From Gammaproteobacteria bacterium (GTDB taxonomy: Bacteria > Pseudomonadota > Gammaproteobacteria > S144-34), in NCBI GenBank assembly GCA_026989495.1, contig JALSJE010000067.1, positions 282 to 64,281 on the forward strand: a stretch of DNA of 64,000 nucleotides, written 5' to 3'. The first letter of the stretch is position 1. Each line of letters begins with the position of its first letter. The notes under the pieces were generated by a model that saw only the letters and a program-made list of their open reading frames with translations, was not told where the DNA came from and did no database searches. Made by a program: the position numbers and the translations under genes. Below are positions 34,397-44,013 of the stretch, in pieces.

Positions 34397-36745
34397 TCAC
34401 CCTCCCGCCGTCCGCGCGGCGTGCTCGACGGCCTGCCCGAAGGCGAGGCCGCCATCGTTGGCGGGCACGGCGCGCGGCAGCCGCAGCGCAAGCCCCCGCT
34501 CCGCCAGCAGCGCCGCGCAGCGCTCCACCAGCAGGCGGTTCTGGAACACGCCGCCCGCGAGCCCCACCACGAGCGGACCCGCCTCGCGCGCGACGCGCGC
34601 CGCCAGCGCCGCCACCGCCTGCGCCAGGGCCTCGTGGAAGGCGGCGGCGCGCTCGCCGGGCGGCCGCGAGACGTCGGCGAGGAATGGCAGCAGCGGCGCC
34701 CAGTCCAGCCTGGGCAGGCCCGTCGCGTCCGGGCGCCATGCGAGCGCCGGCGGCGCAGGATACGCGCCCGCCGCGGCGGCCGCGGCCTCCAGGCGCATGG
34801 GTCCCTCGCCCTCGTGGCTCGCCGTCACGCACAGGCCCGTGAGGGCGGCTGCGGCGTCGAACAGCCGCCCGACCGCGCTCGTCACGGGCGCCTGCACACC
34901 CCGCGCCCAGGCCGCGCGCAGGAGCCCGACGTCCGCCGGTGCCCCGGCGACCGCGGCCTCGAGCCCCGCCTCCCACAGCGCGCCCAGGGCGCTGCGCCAG
35001 GGCTCGCGCGCGGCGCGCTCGCCGCCCGGCAGCCGGAAGGGCCGCAGGCTCGCCACCCGGCGCCAGCCGCCCGGGGCGCCCAGCAGGACCTCCCCGCCCC
35101 ACAGGGTGCCGTCGTCCCCGTAGCCGACGCCGTCCCAGGCGAAGACGAGCCAGCGGCCCGCCTCCGGGTGCTCGCCGGCGAGCGCGGAGGCGTGGGCGCG
35201 GTGGTGCTGGACCGCGGCCGCGGGCAGCCCCTGCTCCCGCGCCCAGCGCGTGGTGAAGTAGCCCGGGTGCAGGTCGTGGACGATGCGCCGCGCCCTCACG
35301 CCGTAGAGACGCTGCAGGTCGGCCGCCACCTGCTCGAAGACGGCCCGGGCCCGTGGCACCTCCAGGTCGCCGATGTGGGGCGAGACCACGATGCGATCCT
35401 CCCAGGCGAGCGCCACCGTCGCCTTCATGTGCCCGCCCGTGGCCAGCACCGGCTCGCGCAGCCGCCCCGGCAGCGCGCGCTCCAGCGGCGCGGTGCCCCG
35501 CCCCAGCCGCAGCGCCCGCGCGGCGCCGGCCATGGGGCGCAGCACCGGGTCGTCGGCGGGCCTCGCGATGGGCCGGTCGTGGTGGAGGAAGCCGTCGGCC
35601 ACTGCGCCCAGCCGGGCCTCGGCCTCGGCCGGATCCGTGATCACGGGCTCGCCGCTCACGTTGCCCGAGGTCGCCACCAGCGGGGCGCCGAAGCCGCGCG
35701 CCAGCAGGTGGTGCAGCGGGCTGTAGGGCAGAAGCGCGCCCACCTCGCCCAGGCCCGGCGCTATCCCTGAGGCGAGCCCCGCGTCCGGCCGCAGCGGCAC
35801 GAGCACGATGGGGCGGGCGGGGTCCATGAGCGCGGCCTCAGCCACGGCATCGAGACGCGCGGCGCGCCGGACGGCCGCGAGATCCGGAAACAGCACCGCG
35901 AGCGGCTTGGCCGGCCTGCGCTTGCGGGCCCGCAGGCGCGCCACCGCGGCGGGGCTCCGGGCGTCGCACAGGAGGTGATAGCCGCCGATGCCGCGCACGG
36001 CCACGATGCCGCCCGCCCGCAGGCACGCGAGCGCGGCCCGGAGGGCCTCCTCCGAGCCGGCCCGTCCGCCGCCGGGCTCCAACGCATCGGCTCCGGCCGA
36101 CGCCTCGTCTCTACCGACCTCGACGGACGCACCGCCCGCCGCCTCCCCCTCCGAGCCGCGCCAGGCCAGCCGCGGGCCGCAGGTGGGGCAGGCCACGGGC
36201 TCGGCGTGGAAGCGCCGGTCGGCGGGATCGGCGTACTCGCGCGCGCACGCCGGGCACAGGGCGAAGCGCGCCATGGTGGTGTTGGGCCGGTCGTAGGGCA
36301 GGCGCTCGATGATCGTGTAGCGCGGCCCGCACTGGGTGCAGTTGATGAAGGGGTAGCGGTGACGGCGGTCGCGCGGGTCGGCGAGCTCGCGCAGACAGTC
36401 CTCGCACACGAAGTGGTCCGGCGGCACGTGGACGCGCGCCTCGCCATCCGCATCCGAGGCGAGGATGCGGAAACCACCCTCCCCCGTCGGCGGCTCGTCC
36501 ACGGCCTCGGCCACGCGCGGGCGCGCGAGCGGCGGGGCCTCCCGGACCAGCGCCTCGGCGAAGCGCGCCAGCGCCCCGGGCTCGCCCTCGGCCCGCACCA
36601 CCACGCGCCCGAGGCGGTTCTGCACCCAGCCCGCCAGCCCGTGGCGCAGGGCGAGGCGGTGCACGAAGGGGCGGAAGCCCACGCCCTGCACCCGCCCCTC
36701 CAGCACCCAGCGCCGCGCCGCCACCTCGTCGCGGCCATCCAGCAT
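34397..36745 (-). CDS. hypF: carbamoyltransferase HypF
   Basis: Acylphosphatase domain, two Zn-finger-like CxxC pairs, YrdC and Kae1-like domains. ATG at 36745 (MLDGRDEVAARRWVLEGRVQGVGFRP). A Gly/Ala/Glu-rich insertion is noted. Confidence 0.85.
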   Translation of the reverse strand: MLDGRDEVAARRWVLEGRVQGVGFRPFVHRLALRHGLAGWVQNRLGRVVVRAEGEPGALARFAEALVREAPPLARPRVAEAVDEPPTGEGGFRILASDADGEARVHVPPDHFVCEDCLRELADPRDRRHRYPFINCTQCGPRYTIIERLPYDRPNTTMARFALCPACAREYADPADRRFHAEPVACPTCGPRLAWRGSEGEAAGGASVEVGRDEASAGADALEPGGGRAGSEEALRAALACLRAGGIVAVRGIGGYHLLCDARSPAAVARLRARKRRPAKPLAVLFPDLAAVRRAARLDAVAEAALMDPARPIVLVPLRPDAGLASGIAPGLGEVGALLPYSPLHHLLARGFGAPLVATSGNVSGEPVITDPAEAEARLGAVADGFLHHDRPIARPADDPVLRPMAGAARALRLGRGTAPLERALPGRLREPVLATGGHMKATVALAWEDRIVVSPHIGDLEVPRARAVFEQVAADLQRLYGVRARRIVHDLHPGYFTTRWAREQGLPAAAVQHHRAHASALAGEHPEAGRWLVFAWDGVGYGDDGTLWGGEVLLGAPGGWRRVASLRPFRLPGGERAAREPWRSALGALWEAGLEAAVAGAPADVGLLRAAWARGVQAPVTSAVGRLFDAAAALTGLCVTASHEGEGPMRLEAAAAAAGAYPAPPALAWRPDATGLPRLDWAPLLPFLADVSRPPGERAAAFHEALAQAVAALAARVAREAGPLVVGLAGGVFQNRLLVERCAALLAERGLALRLPRAVPANDGGLAFGQAVEHAARTAGG

Positions 36746-36803
36746 CTTCGGTGGCCGGGTTTCGTGCGGCAGACACGCGCTCTGGAACTCGGTGGCCGTG
36801 CGG

Positions 36804-36976
36804 CGCTCCCCGCACCTGCGCGCTCCGCGCGCCCGTGTCCGCGCCGCCCGCCCTGCCGGGGTCCCAGCCTGCACCTCGGGGTTCGGGCAACGCGGCAAGG
36901 CTCAGCCTCCCCGCCTGCGGGCGCTGCGCCGCTCCCCGCGCCTGCGCGCTCCGCGCGCCCGTGTCCGCGCCGCCCG
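36804..36976. repeat. two copies of a 47-bp direct repeat (36804-36850 and 36930-36976) in the hypD-hypF intergenic region
   Basis: cgctccccgcAcctgcgcgctccgcgcgcccgtgtccgcgccgcccg versus cgctccccgcGcctgcgcgctccgcgcgcccgtgtccgcgccgcccg (1 mismatch), spaced 126 bp apart. Confidence 0.7.
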
Positions 36977-36998
36977 GTCCGCGCACATCCGTCGCAGC

Positions 36999-38222
36999 TC
37001 ACTCATCTGCCTTAGTCCCATCGAGGCCGGGGAGGCGGGATGCGCGGGCGTCGGCGGCAAGCGTTGGCCGCCGTCGAGCGCCAGGGACGGTCTTCGCGTC
37101 CCGCGCAGACCGGCTCCCCGGCCTCGTCGACCGCCGGCTTGCGACGCCGCCCGCCCACCAGATGCGGCAGGCGCCCTCGTCCGAGACCATGCACGGGCCG
37201 ATGGGGCGGCGCGGCGTGCACGCGCGCCCGTAGAGGCGGCACTGGTCGGGGTAGATGCGGCCGAGCACGACGCGCGCGCAGTCGCAGCCCGGGGGCATCC
37301 GGCCCGCGCGCCGGCGCCCTTCTTCCTCGTAGGCGGGAAAGCGCGCGCGTGCGTCGTGGGCCCGCCAGGCCATGCGCAGGCGCAGGCCCGAGCGCGGCAG
37401 GGTGCCGATGCCGCGCCAGGGCGCGTCGCAGACCTCCATGACCTCCGCGAGCAGCCGGCGCGCGGAGGGGTTGCCGCCGGGACGCGCCACCTCCGCGTAG
37501 CAGTTGTCGAGGAAGGGCCTGGCCTCCAGGTGCTGGCGCAGCACGGAGTAGAAGGCCGCGAGCAGGCTCTCGGGCGTGAAGCCCGCCACGGCCGCGGGGA
37601 TGCCGTGGCGCTCGGGCACGAAGCGCCACTCCTCCGGGCCCATGACGGTGGAGACGTGGCCGGGCGCGACCAGGGCGTCGAAGCCCGGGGTCTCGGACTC
37701 CAGGAGCATGGCCACCGCGGGCCAGGTGAGGCGCCCCGAGAGCAGGACGAAGAGGTTCTCCGGCGCGCCCTCGGCGAGCATGGCCGCCACCGGCGCCATG
37801 GTGGTCTCGAAGCCGGCGGCGAAGAAGACCACGGGGCGCGGGGCCTCGGCGCGGGCGACGGCGGCGGCCTCCATGGGGGAGGCGACGGGCCTGACGTCGG
37901 CGCCCGCCGCACGCGCCTGCTCCAGCGAGCGCGGCACGCGCCGCGGCACGTTGACAGGCACGCGCAGCATGTCGCCGAAGGCGACCAGCACCACGTCCTC
38001 GCGCAGGGCGAGCTGCACGGCCTGGTGCACGTCCTCCTCGGGGCAGACACACACCGGGCAGCCCGGCCCCGGGATGAGCTCGATGCCGGGGGGGAGCAGG
38101 CGGCGGAGCCCCGCCATGGTGATGGCGCGCTCGTGGCCGCCGCAGACGTTCATGATGCGGAAGCGCTCCGGAAGCGGCAGCGCGCGGATGCGCTCGAGCC
38201 AGCGGCGGGCCTCCGCGCTCAT
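36999..38222 (-). CDS. hypD: hydrogenase maturation protein HypD
   Basis: ATG at 38222 (MSAEARRWLERIRALPLPERFRIMNVCGGHERAIT). CGGH, GPGCPVCV and C-terminal CDC...CRIWW motifs. Carries a roughly 50-aa low-complexity tail after CRIWW. Confidence 0.8.
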   Translation of the reverse strand: MSAEARRWLERIRALPLPERFRIMNVCGGHERAITMAGLRRLLPPGIELIPGPGCPVCVCPEEDVHQAVQLALREDVVLVAFGDMLRVPVNVPRRVPRSLEQARAAGADVRPVASPMEAAAVARAEAPRPVVFFAAGFETTMAPVAAMLAEGAPENLFVLLSGRLTWPAVAMLLESETPGFDALVAPGHVSTVMGPEEWRFVPERHGIPAAVAGFTPESLLAAFYSVLRQHLEARPFLDNCYAEVARPGGNPSARRLLAEVMEVCDAPWRGIGTLPRSGLRLRMAWRAHDARARFPAYEEEGRRRAGRMPPGCDCARVVLGRIYPDQCRLYGRACTPRRPIGPCMVSDEGACRIWWAGGVASRRSTRPGSRSARDAKTVPGARRRPTLAADARASRLPGLDGTKADE

Positions 38223-38273
38223 GCCGCCACCCACACCGCCCGGCGGAAAGCGGGGAACGGCGCGCTTCCGTCC

Positions 38274-38298
38274 ATCCACCGTCCACCGTCCACCGTCA
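38274..38298. repeat. (CACCGTC)x3 tandem microsatellite between hypD start and hypB stop
   Basis: tccatccaccgtccaccgtccaccgtcaacc. Confidence 0.4.
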
Positions 38299-39036
38299 AC
38301 CCCTCACCAAGGCACGCAGCCAGCCGAGCCAGCGTTCCATGCCCTCGCCGGTGCGGGCCGAGACCGGCCACACCGGCGCGCCGCTGGCGAGCGCGCGCAG
38401 GTGGCGCTCGGCCGCGGCCGGGTCGAAGTCGTCCAGCACCGGGATCAGGTCCGCCTTGCTGAGCAGCACCAGATCGGCCGCCCGGAACATGACGGGGTAC
38501 TTGGCGGGCTTGTCGTCGCCCTCGGTGGCCGAGAGCAGCACCACGCTGCGGTGCTGGCCCAGGTCGAAGCCCGCCGGGCAGACCAGGTTGCCCACGTTCT
38601 CGATGAAGAGGAGGTCCAGCCCCTCGAGGTCGAGGCGGTGCAGGGCCTCGTGGACCAGATGGGCGTCCAGATGGCATGCCGAGCCGGTGGCGATCTGGAC
38701 GGCGGGCACACCCCTGGCGCGGATGCGCGTGGCGTCACGCTCGGTGGCGAGATCGCCCTCGATCACGGCGATGGCGAGCTCGCCCGCGAGCGCCTCGATC
38801 GTCGCCTCCAGCAGCGCCGTCTTGCCCGAGCCCGGCGCGGACATGAGGTTCACCGCCACCACGCCGTGGCGCGCCAGGTGCGCGCGGTTGTGGGCGGCGG
38901 CACGGTCGTTGGCCGCGAGCAGCCCCTCCAGCACCTCCACCGCCGTGCTTCCGTCGGCGGTGCGCGCGAGCGGTCCGTCCGCCTCCACCAGGTGGGCGTT
39001 GCCGGAGGTCACGTTGCAGCCGCAGCTCTCACACAT
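38296..39036 (-). CDS. hypB: hydrogenase nickel-incorporation GTPase HypB
   Basis: N-terminal metal-binding MCESCGC, P-loop SAPGSGKT, and G-domain motifs. Confidence 0.85.
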   Translation of the reverse strand: MCESCGCNVTSGNAHLVEADGPLARTADGSTAVEVLEGLLAANDRAAAHNRAHLARHGVVAVNLMSAPGSGKTALLEATIEALAGELAIAVIEGDLATERDATRIRARGVPAVQIATGSACHLDAHLVHEALHRLDLEGLDLLFIENVGNLVCPAGFDLGQHRSVVLLSATEGDDKPAKYPVMFRAADLVLLSKADLIPVLDDFDPAAAERHLRALASGAPVWPVSARTGEGMERWLGWLRALVRG

Positions 39037-39406
39037 GGGCGCCCTCCTCCGCAGGCGTGATGCCTGCGAGCGCCACGCGCACCAGCAGCAGCTCGTCGCC
39101 GGAGACGAGCCGCGTGCGCCAGCCGCCGCAGGCCGGGCACAGCAGGCGGTTCGGCGCCGCCGCAGGCCCGCGCGTGCCGCAAGACTCGCACTCGACCTCC
39201 AGCGGGACCTCCACCAGCCGAAGCTCGGCGCCCTCGGCCACGGTGCCCGCGCGCGCCAGCGCGAAGGCCTCGCGCAGCAGCTCGGGCACCACCCCGGAGA
39301 GCGGGCCCACGCGCAGCTCGATGCGGGTCACGGTACGCGCACCGTGGGCGCGGGCGACGGCCTCGACCTGCCCGATCAGGGCCCGGCACACAGTGAGCTC
39401 ATGCAT
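39029..39406 (-). CDS. hypA: hydrogenase nickel-insertion protein HypA
   Basis: MHELTVCRALIGQVE at the N-terminus and a zinc site CESCG...CPACG. Overlaps hypB (ATGTGTGA). Confidence 0.75.
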   Translation of the reverse strand: MHELTVCRALIGQVEAVARAHGARTVTRIELRVGPLSGVVPELLREAFALARAGTVAEGAELRLVEVPLEVECESCGTRGPAAAPNRLLCPACGGWRTRLVSGDELLLVRVALAGITPAEEGAHV

Positions 39407-39653
39407 CGGCCGCGCCCGGCGTCGGGCCGTCTCCGGCGGCCAGCGCCTCGTCGTGGAGCTCCCAGGCGCTGCGCGCCTCGGCCTCGGTCATGCGCTGGAT
39501 GGCGTAGCCGACGTGGACCATGACCCAGTCGCCGGGGCCCACGGGCTCGTGCTGAAGGAGAAAGAGGCTCACGTCCCGCTCCACGCCGCGCGCGGCGCAG
39601 CGCGCCGTATGGCCCTCCACGGCGAGCACCTGCATGGGGACTCCCAGACACAT
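39399..39653 (-). CDS. hypC: hydrogenase assembly chaperone HypC
   Basis: In-frame ATG giving MCLGVPMQVLAVEG..., the HypC MCL(A/G)(I/V)P signature. The track ORF 39399..39755 uses an upstream start. Confidence 0.75.
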   Translation of the reverse strand: MCLGVPMQVLAVEGHTARCAARGVERDVSLFLLQHEPVGPGDWVMVHVGYAIQRMTEAEARSAWELHDEALAAGDGPTPGAADA

Positions 39654-39801
39654 CGCGCGCCGCCTCCTCTGCGGGCCGGAGCTCCCCGCACCTATAGCGC
39701 GCCCCGCAAGGCCCGTCAAACCCGCAGCGCAGCTCGCCCGATCCCGCGCAGGCACGGCCGGATGGGCTCGTGCTGCGTCATGCGGCCCGAGGAGGCCGGG
39801 C

Positions 39802-40359
39802 TCAGCGGCGGCGGGCGTAGGTGCCGACGAGCTCGGCGCGGGCGATGACGTGGCCCTCCATCGCGCGCTCCACCTCGGCCTTGGTGGGCGTGCCCAGGTC
39901 CGGGAGCACGGTGTCCAGGGCGTAGAGCTTGTGGAAGTAGCGGTGGCGGCCGATGGGCGGGCACGGGCCGCCGTAGCCGGTGCGCTTCCAGTCGTTGAGG
40001 CCCTGTCGCGTGCCCGGCGGCAACGCCGTCTCGTCCACGCCTTCGGGCAGGCCCGTGCTGTCCGGCGGGAGGTTGTAGAGCACCCAGTGGACCCAGGTCA
40101 TGCGCGGATTGGCCGGGTCCGGAGCGTCCGGGTCGTCCACGATCAGCACCAGGCTGCGCGTGCCCTCCGGCACGCCCGACCACTCGAGCGGCGGCGAGAC
40201 GTCGGCGCCGTCGCAGGTGTAGCGCACAGGGATCTCGCCCTGGTGCGCGAAGGCGGGTGAGCGGATCTCGAGCGTCATGGCCCCTCCTCCCGCGGCCGGC
40301 GTGGCGGCGGCCGCCCACAGGCATGCCCCCATCAGGATGGCCACCGGGCGCCAGGCCAT
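39802..40359 (-). CDS. YbhB/YbcL-family PEBP (Raf-kinase-inhibitor-like) periplasmic protein
   Basis: Signal peptide (MAWRPVAILMGACLWAAAA) and PEBP motifs (DPDAP...HWV, GYGGPCPPIGRHRYFHKLYALD). Confidence 0.7.
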   Translation of the reverse strand: MAWRPVAILMGACLWAAAATPAAGGGAMTLEIRSPAFAHQGEIPVRYTCDGADVSPPLEWSGVPEGTRSLVLIVDDPDAPDPANPRMTWVHWVLYNLPPDSTGLPEGVDETALPPGTRQGLNDWKRTGYGGPCPPIGRHRYFHKLYALDTVLPDLGTPTKAEVERAMEGHVIARAELVGTYARRR

Positions 40360-40363
40360 GGCC

Positions 40364-40648
40364 TCAGCCCCCGGCCGCGCGGCCCGAGACCAGGGCGTCG
40401 AGCCGCGCCACGCCCTCGGCCCAGGCACGGGTCTCGTTCTCGCCCGTGGCCACGGCCTCCATCACGGCGTAGGCCAGCCGCCGGTCCTCGGGATCCAGCC
40501 CGCGCAGCTTGCTGAGCAGGAACAGGTACTGGCCCCGGCCGGTCGAGACCGTCTTCACGAGGCTGTAGAGGACCAGCGCCGGGCCGGAAGCCGGGGCCTG
40601 CGCGATGCGGGCCTCGAGCCGCGCCAGCACATCGGCCGCGTCGGTCAT
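40364..40648 (-). CDS. small hypothetical protein
   Basis: 94 aa (MTDAADVLARLEARIAQAPASGPALVLYSLVKTV...), in-frame within ORF 40364..41425. No recognisable domain. Confidence 0.35.
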   Translation of the reverse strand: MTDAADVLARLEARIAQAPASGPALVLYSLVKTVSTGRGQYLFLLSKLRGLDPEDRRLAYAVMEAVATGENETRAWAEGVARLDALVSGRAAGG

Positions 40649-40826
40649 GGGCTCTGCAGAAATCGCATACTCAGCGAGCCATCCGGACCAGCTTAATGAT
40701 AGGGACTCTCGGATCCCTGAGAAACGGAGGTCTCCTTTATGTGGGTACTGTGACTCGCCCGGCCGGCCGCCGGCGGAGGGACGGTGCGCACCGGCGATGG
40801 CGCGTGGCGGGGTGCAGGCAGCCGAC

Positions 40827-41507
40827 TCAGCGCGGGGTGTCTGCCACGCGGGTGCGCAGGTACACCGGGACGCCACCTTCCGGCGGCACGGCCTCGCCGC
40901 GTGCGAGCGCCACCTGCGCGAGCCGCGCCACCCGCCCCGCCCAGGGCAGGCGTTCGGGCTCCACGGCCACGAGCGCGTTCCCGGCGCGGGCCCGCAGGGC
41001 TTCTCCGTGGGCCGCCCAGCCGGGGCCCGCACCGACCCAGCCACCGCCTTCCGGCACCGCCACCGCGTGCGGCGGGCACACGGCCTCCGCCCCCGCCGGA
41101 GCCGCCAGGTCTGCCGCGTCCGCCGTGAAGGCGCCCCAGTAGACCTCGCCCATGCGCGCGTCCAGCGCCGCCAGCACGCGCGCGGCACCCGCCTCCACGG
41201 CGTCCTGGGCCAGCGCCGCGAGCGTGGACACCGGCACCACCGGCAGGCCCCACGCGAGCGCGAGCCCCTGGGCCACGCCCGCGGCGATGCGCAGGCCCGT
41301 GAAAGAGCCCGGTCCGCGCCCGAAGGCGAGGGCGTCGAGGCCGGTGCCCACGAGCCCCGCCTCCGCCAGCACCGCCTCCACCAGGGACAGGATGCGCGCG
41401 GCGTGCTCGCGGGGGGCCACCACACGCCGCTCCACGGTCTCGCCGCACACGCGCAGCGCCACCGAGCAGGCGTCGGTGGCAGTCTCCAAGGCGAGGATGC
41501 GGCTCAT
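40827..41507 (-). CDS. tsaB: tRNA t6A biosynthesis protein TsaB (YeaZ)
   Basis: 226 aa. MSRILALETATDACSVAL; ASKHA-fold inactive Kae1 homolog. Adjacent to yoaA, as in E. coli. Confidence 0.8.
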   Translation of the reverse strand: MSRILALETATDACSVALRVCGETVERRVVAPREHAARILSLVEAVLAEAGLVGTGLDALAFGRGPGSFTGLRIAAGVAQGLALAWGLPVVPVSTLAALAQDAVEAGAARVLAALDARMGEVYWGAFTADAADLAAPAGAEAVCPPHAVAVPEGGGWVGAGPGWAAHGEALRARAGNALVAVEPERLPWAGRVARLAQVALARGEAVPPEGGVPVYLRTRVADTPR

Positions 41508-41522
41508 CCGGTGTCCTCGGCT

Positions 41523-43487
41523 TCAGGACAGGGCATCCGCTTCCCTCAGGGCCGCCAAGAAGCTGGTCACATCGTCAAGGCGCCGCGTCCAGCGCATGTC
41601 AGGAAGGCTTTCCTTGAAGATTTTTCCATATCCCATTGTCTCAATTCTAGAATCACATACAACGACCACGCCGCGGTCGTCCTCCCCGCGGATCAGTCGC
41701 CCAACCCCCTGGCGGAGGGTTACCACTGCCTGGGGCAGCAGGAGGTCTCGGAAGGCGTTCCCGCCGCGCCGCTCCAGCGCGCGCCCACGCGCCTGGATCA
41801 CCGGATCGTCCGGCGCCCCAAAAGGCAGCTTGTCGATGATGACACACGAGAGAGCGGGACCTGGCACATCGACCCCCTCCCAGAAGCTGTAGGTGCCGAG
41901 CAGGACGGCGTCTCCCCGCGTCCGGAAGCGTGCCAGAAGCGCCTCGCGCGGTGCGTCCCCCTGCACGAGCAGGGGAAAATCCAGCCTGCCTTCGAGGCCC
42001 TGGCGCGCCAGACGCAACGCATCCCAGCTCGTGAACAGGATGAAGGTGCGGCCGCGCGCGGCCTCAATGACTGGCACGATCGCATCCAGCATGCGGGGCA
42101 CAAAGGTGCGGTCCCGAGGCGGCGGAAGGTATTCTGGTATATACATCAAGGCGTTGCGCCTGAAATCAAATGGACTTTCGAAGATGTGGCTGCGGCAGCT
42201 CCCCGGCTCGACACCCACGCGGGCACAGAAATGGTCGAAACGGCCGCAGACGGTGAGGGTGGCCGAGGTATAGATCCAGGCACGGGCGCAGCCTTCCCGC
42301 AAGCTCTGCATCATGGGCCCGGTTTCCACGGGGGTGGCATGAAAGGTGAAGCTCTGTCCCGTGCGCTCGTACCATCGCACCAGTTCTGCATGAGCTCCGT
42401 CTTCCGCCTCCGCCTCCGCTTCGCCCAGTATGAGCCTGCGGCAGGCGTGCTCCAGCCGCCTGGCCCGTCGCGCGCAGCCATCCAGCCCCGGGCCCCGTCC
42501 CGAGACGGCCGCAAGCCCTTCACGCATAGCTGCCAGTGAGTCGGCAAGCCGCTTTGCCGCATCCAGGACGGGACCTGCGGGGGCGCCCGGCGGCCAAGCC
42601 CCACGCTCGGGCACAGCCTCGAGCGCGAGCCGCAATCGGCGGGTTTCTGCGAGCAAGGTATCCGCGAGTGTCCTGAGCCCGGGGGTATCCGGCGCTTCGG
42701 CGAGCTGCTCCTGCCGGACGTCCCGCGCCAGATCCCGGAGCTGGCCGGCCGTCAGCCCTTCGCCGAGGAAGCGCGCGGCGATGTCGGGGAGCTGATGGGC
42801 TTCGTCGATCACGAAGGCGTCGGCCTGGGGCAGCACCTCGCCCCGTCCCTCCTCGCGCAGAGAGAAGTCGGCCATCAGAAGATGGTGATTGACCACGACC
42901 ACATCGGCCTCCTGCGCCTTGCGACGAGCCCGGAAGACGAAACAGCGCGTGAAGTGGTGGCAGTCCGCTCCGAGGCAGCGTTCGGCCGGTGCCGTCAGGC
43001 GCGTCCAGAAAGGATCGTCCTCGGCCATGCCCGGGAAACCGGCGCGGTCGCCGGTGACGGTCCGTCCGGCCCATTCGGCCACCTGCCTCAGCCGCTCCGC
43101 CTGCTCACCGGTCGACCCCTCGGCGCACGCACGCTCCAGCCGGTGCAGGCAGAGGTAATTGGCCCGGCCCTTGAGGAGGGCCACGCGACCGCCGCAGCCG
43201 AGCGCCTCGCGCACCCGCGGCAGGTCGCGCACATAGAGCTGGTCCTGGAGGTTGCGGGTGCCGGTGGAGATGACCACCTGGCGTCCGGAAAGGAGCGCGG
43301 GGACGAGGTAGGCGAAGGTCTTGCCGGTGCCCGTGCCCGCCTCGACGAGCAGCGTCTCGCGCCCCTGCAGGGCCTGCGCGACAGCCTCGGCCATGGCGAG
43401 CTGCTGCGCCCGGGGCCGGAAGCCGGGAACTGCGCGCGCCAGCGGCCCATCCGGCCCCAGGGCCTGCCGCACCGCCTCGATATCCAT
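41523..43487 (-). CDS. yoaA: ATP-dependent DNA helicase, DinG/YoaA family
   Basis: 654 aa. DEAD_2-type helicase with Walker A GTGKTF, a DEAH-like box, and a helicase C_2 C-terminal domain. Confidence 0.75.
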   Translation of the reverse strand: MDIEAVRQALGPDGPLARAVPGFRPRAQQLAMAEAVAQALQGRETLLVEAGTGTGKTFAYLVPALLSGRQVVISTGTRNLQDQLYVRDLPRVREALGCGGRVALLKGRANYLCLHRLERACAEGSTGEQAERLRQVAEWAGRTVTGDRAGFPGMAEDDPFWTRLTAPAERCLGADCHHFTRCFVFRARRKAQEADVVVVNHHLLMADFSLREEGRGEVLPQADAFVIDEAHQLPDIAARFLGEGLTAGQLRDLARDVRQEQLAEAPDTPGLRTLADTLLAETRRLRLALEAVPERGAWPPGAPAGPVLDAAKRLADSLAAMREGLAAVSGRGPGLDGCARRARRLEHACRRLILGEAEAEAEDGAHAELVRWYERTGQSFTFHATPVETGPMMQSLREGCARAWIYTSATLTVCGRFDHFCARVGVEPGSCRSHIFESPFDFRRNALMYIPEYLPPPRDRTFVPRMLDAIVPVIEAARGRTFILFTSWDALRLARQGLEGRLDFPLLVQGDAPREALLARFRTRGDAVLLGTYSFWEGVDVPGPALSCVIIDKLPFGAPDDPVIQARGRALERRGGNAFRDLLLPQAVVTLRQGVGRLIRGEDDRGVVVVCDSRIETMGYGKIFKESLPDMRWTRRLDDVTSFLAALREADALS

Positions 43488-43500
43488 CGCGCACTCCGCC

Positions 43501-44013
43501 TCAGCGGCCCGGATGCTCCCAGACCTCGTCCTCGATCTCGCCCTCCTCCCGGGTCCACACCAGCCGCCCGATGCGCTTGAAGCGTGCCACGCTCAGGGCG
43601 CCGCGGCGGCTGCGCGCCCCGCGCGAGGCGGCCACGGCCTCCTCCACATCGGGCCGCTCGGCCTCCCAGATCTCGAAGGGCTCGAAGTTCTCGTCGAAAA
43701 GGACCAGCATCACGCTGTCCCACTCCTTGTCCAGCTTGAGCTGGCCGATGCGGTGGCCGGACTTGCGCTCGTCGAAGATGGCGCGGGCCTTGATCTGGAT
43801 GCGCTTGCCCGCGCGCCGCCCGCGCCCGATGGCGTCCCAGCCGCCGGGTCGCTCGGTGCAGAGCTCGAGGTCGAGCAGGCGCGCGGCGTCGTGCTCGGCG
43901 ATCTCGCTGCTGACCCCAGCGAGCGGCCGCCCCGTGGCCCGGCGGTACTCGGCGGCGAGCCGGCGCGCCTCGGCGATGAGGCGGTCCAGGTCGTAGGGGC
44001 CGGCGCCGCTCAT
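43501..44013 (-). CDS. hypothetical protein
   Basis: 170 aa beginning MSGAGPYDLDRLIAEARRL... (in-frame part of ORF 43501..44223). No family recognised. Confidence 0.4.
   Translation of the reverse strand: MSGAGPYDLDRLIAEARRLAAEYRRATGRPLAGVSSEIAEHDAARLLDLELCTERPGGWDAIGRGRRAGKRIQIKARAIFDERKSGHRIGQLKLDKEWDSVMLVLFDENFEPFEIWEAERPDVEEAVAASRGARSRRGALSVARFKRIGRLVWTREEGEIEDEVWEHPGR

Noticed and set aside
38222-38296. Expected hypC between hypD and hypB
   Set aside because: The 74-nt gap holds only the (CACCGTC)3 repeat. A bona fide HypC (MCLGVP...) is instead found upstream of hypA at 39399-39653.
40649-40826. Lower-GC spacer (ttaatgataggg...gggactctcggatccctgag) between tsaB and the small ORF, as a possible sRNA or tRNA
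   Set aside because: No tRNA cloverleaf features and no convincing terminator or conserved sRNA structure. It is most simply the promoter/5'-UTR of the 40364-40648 gene.
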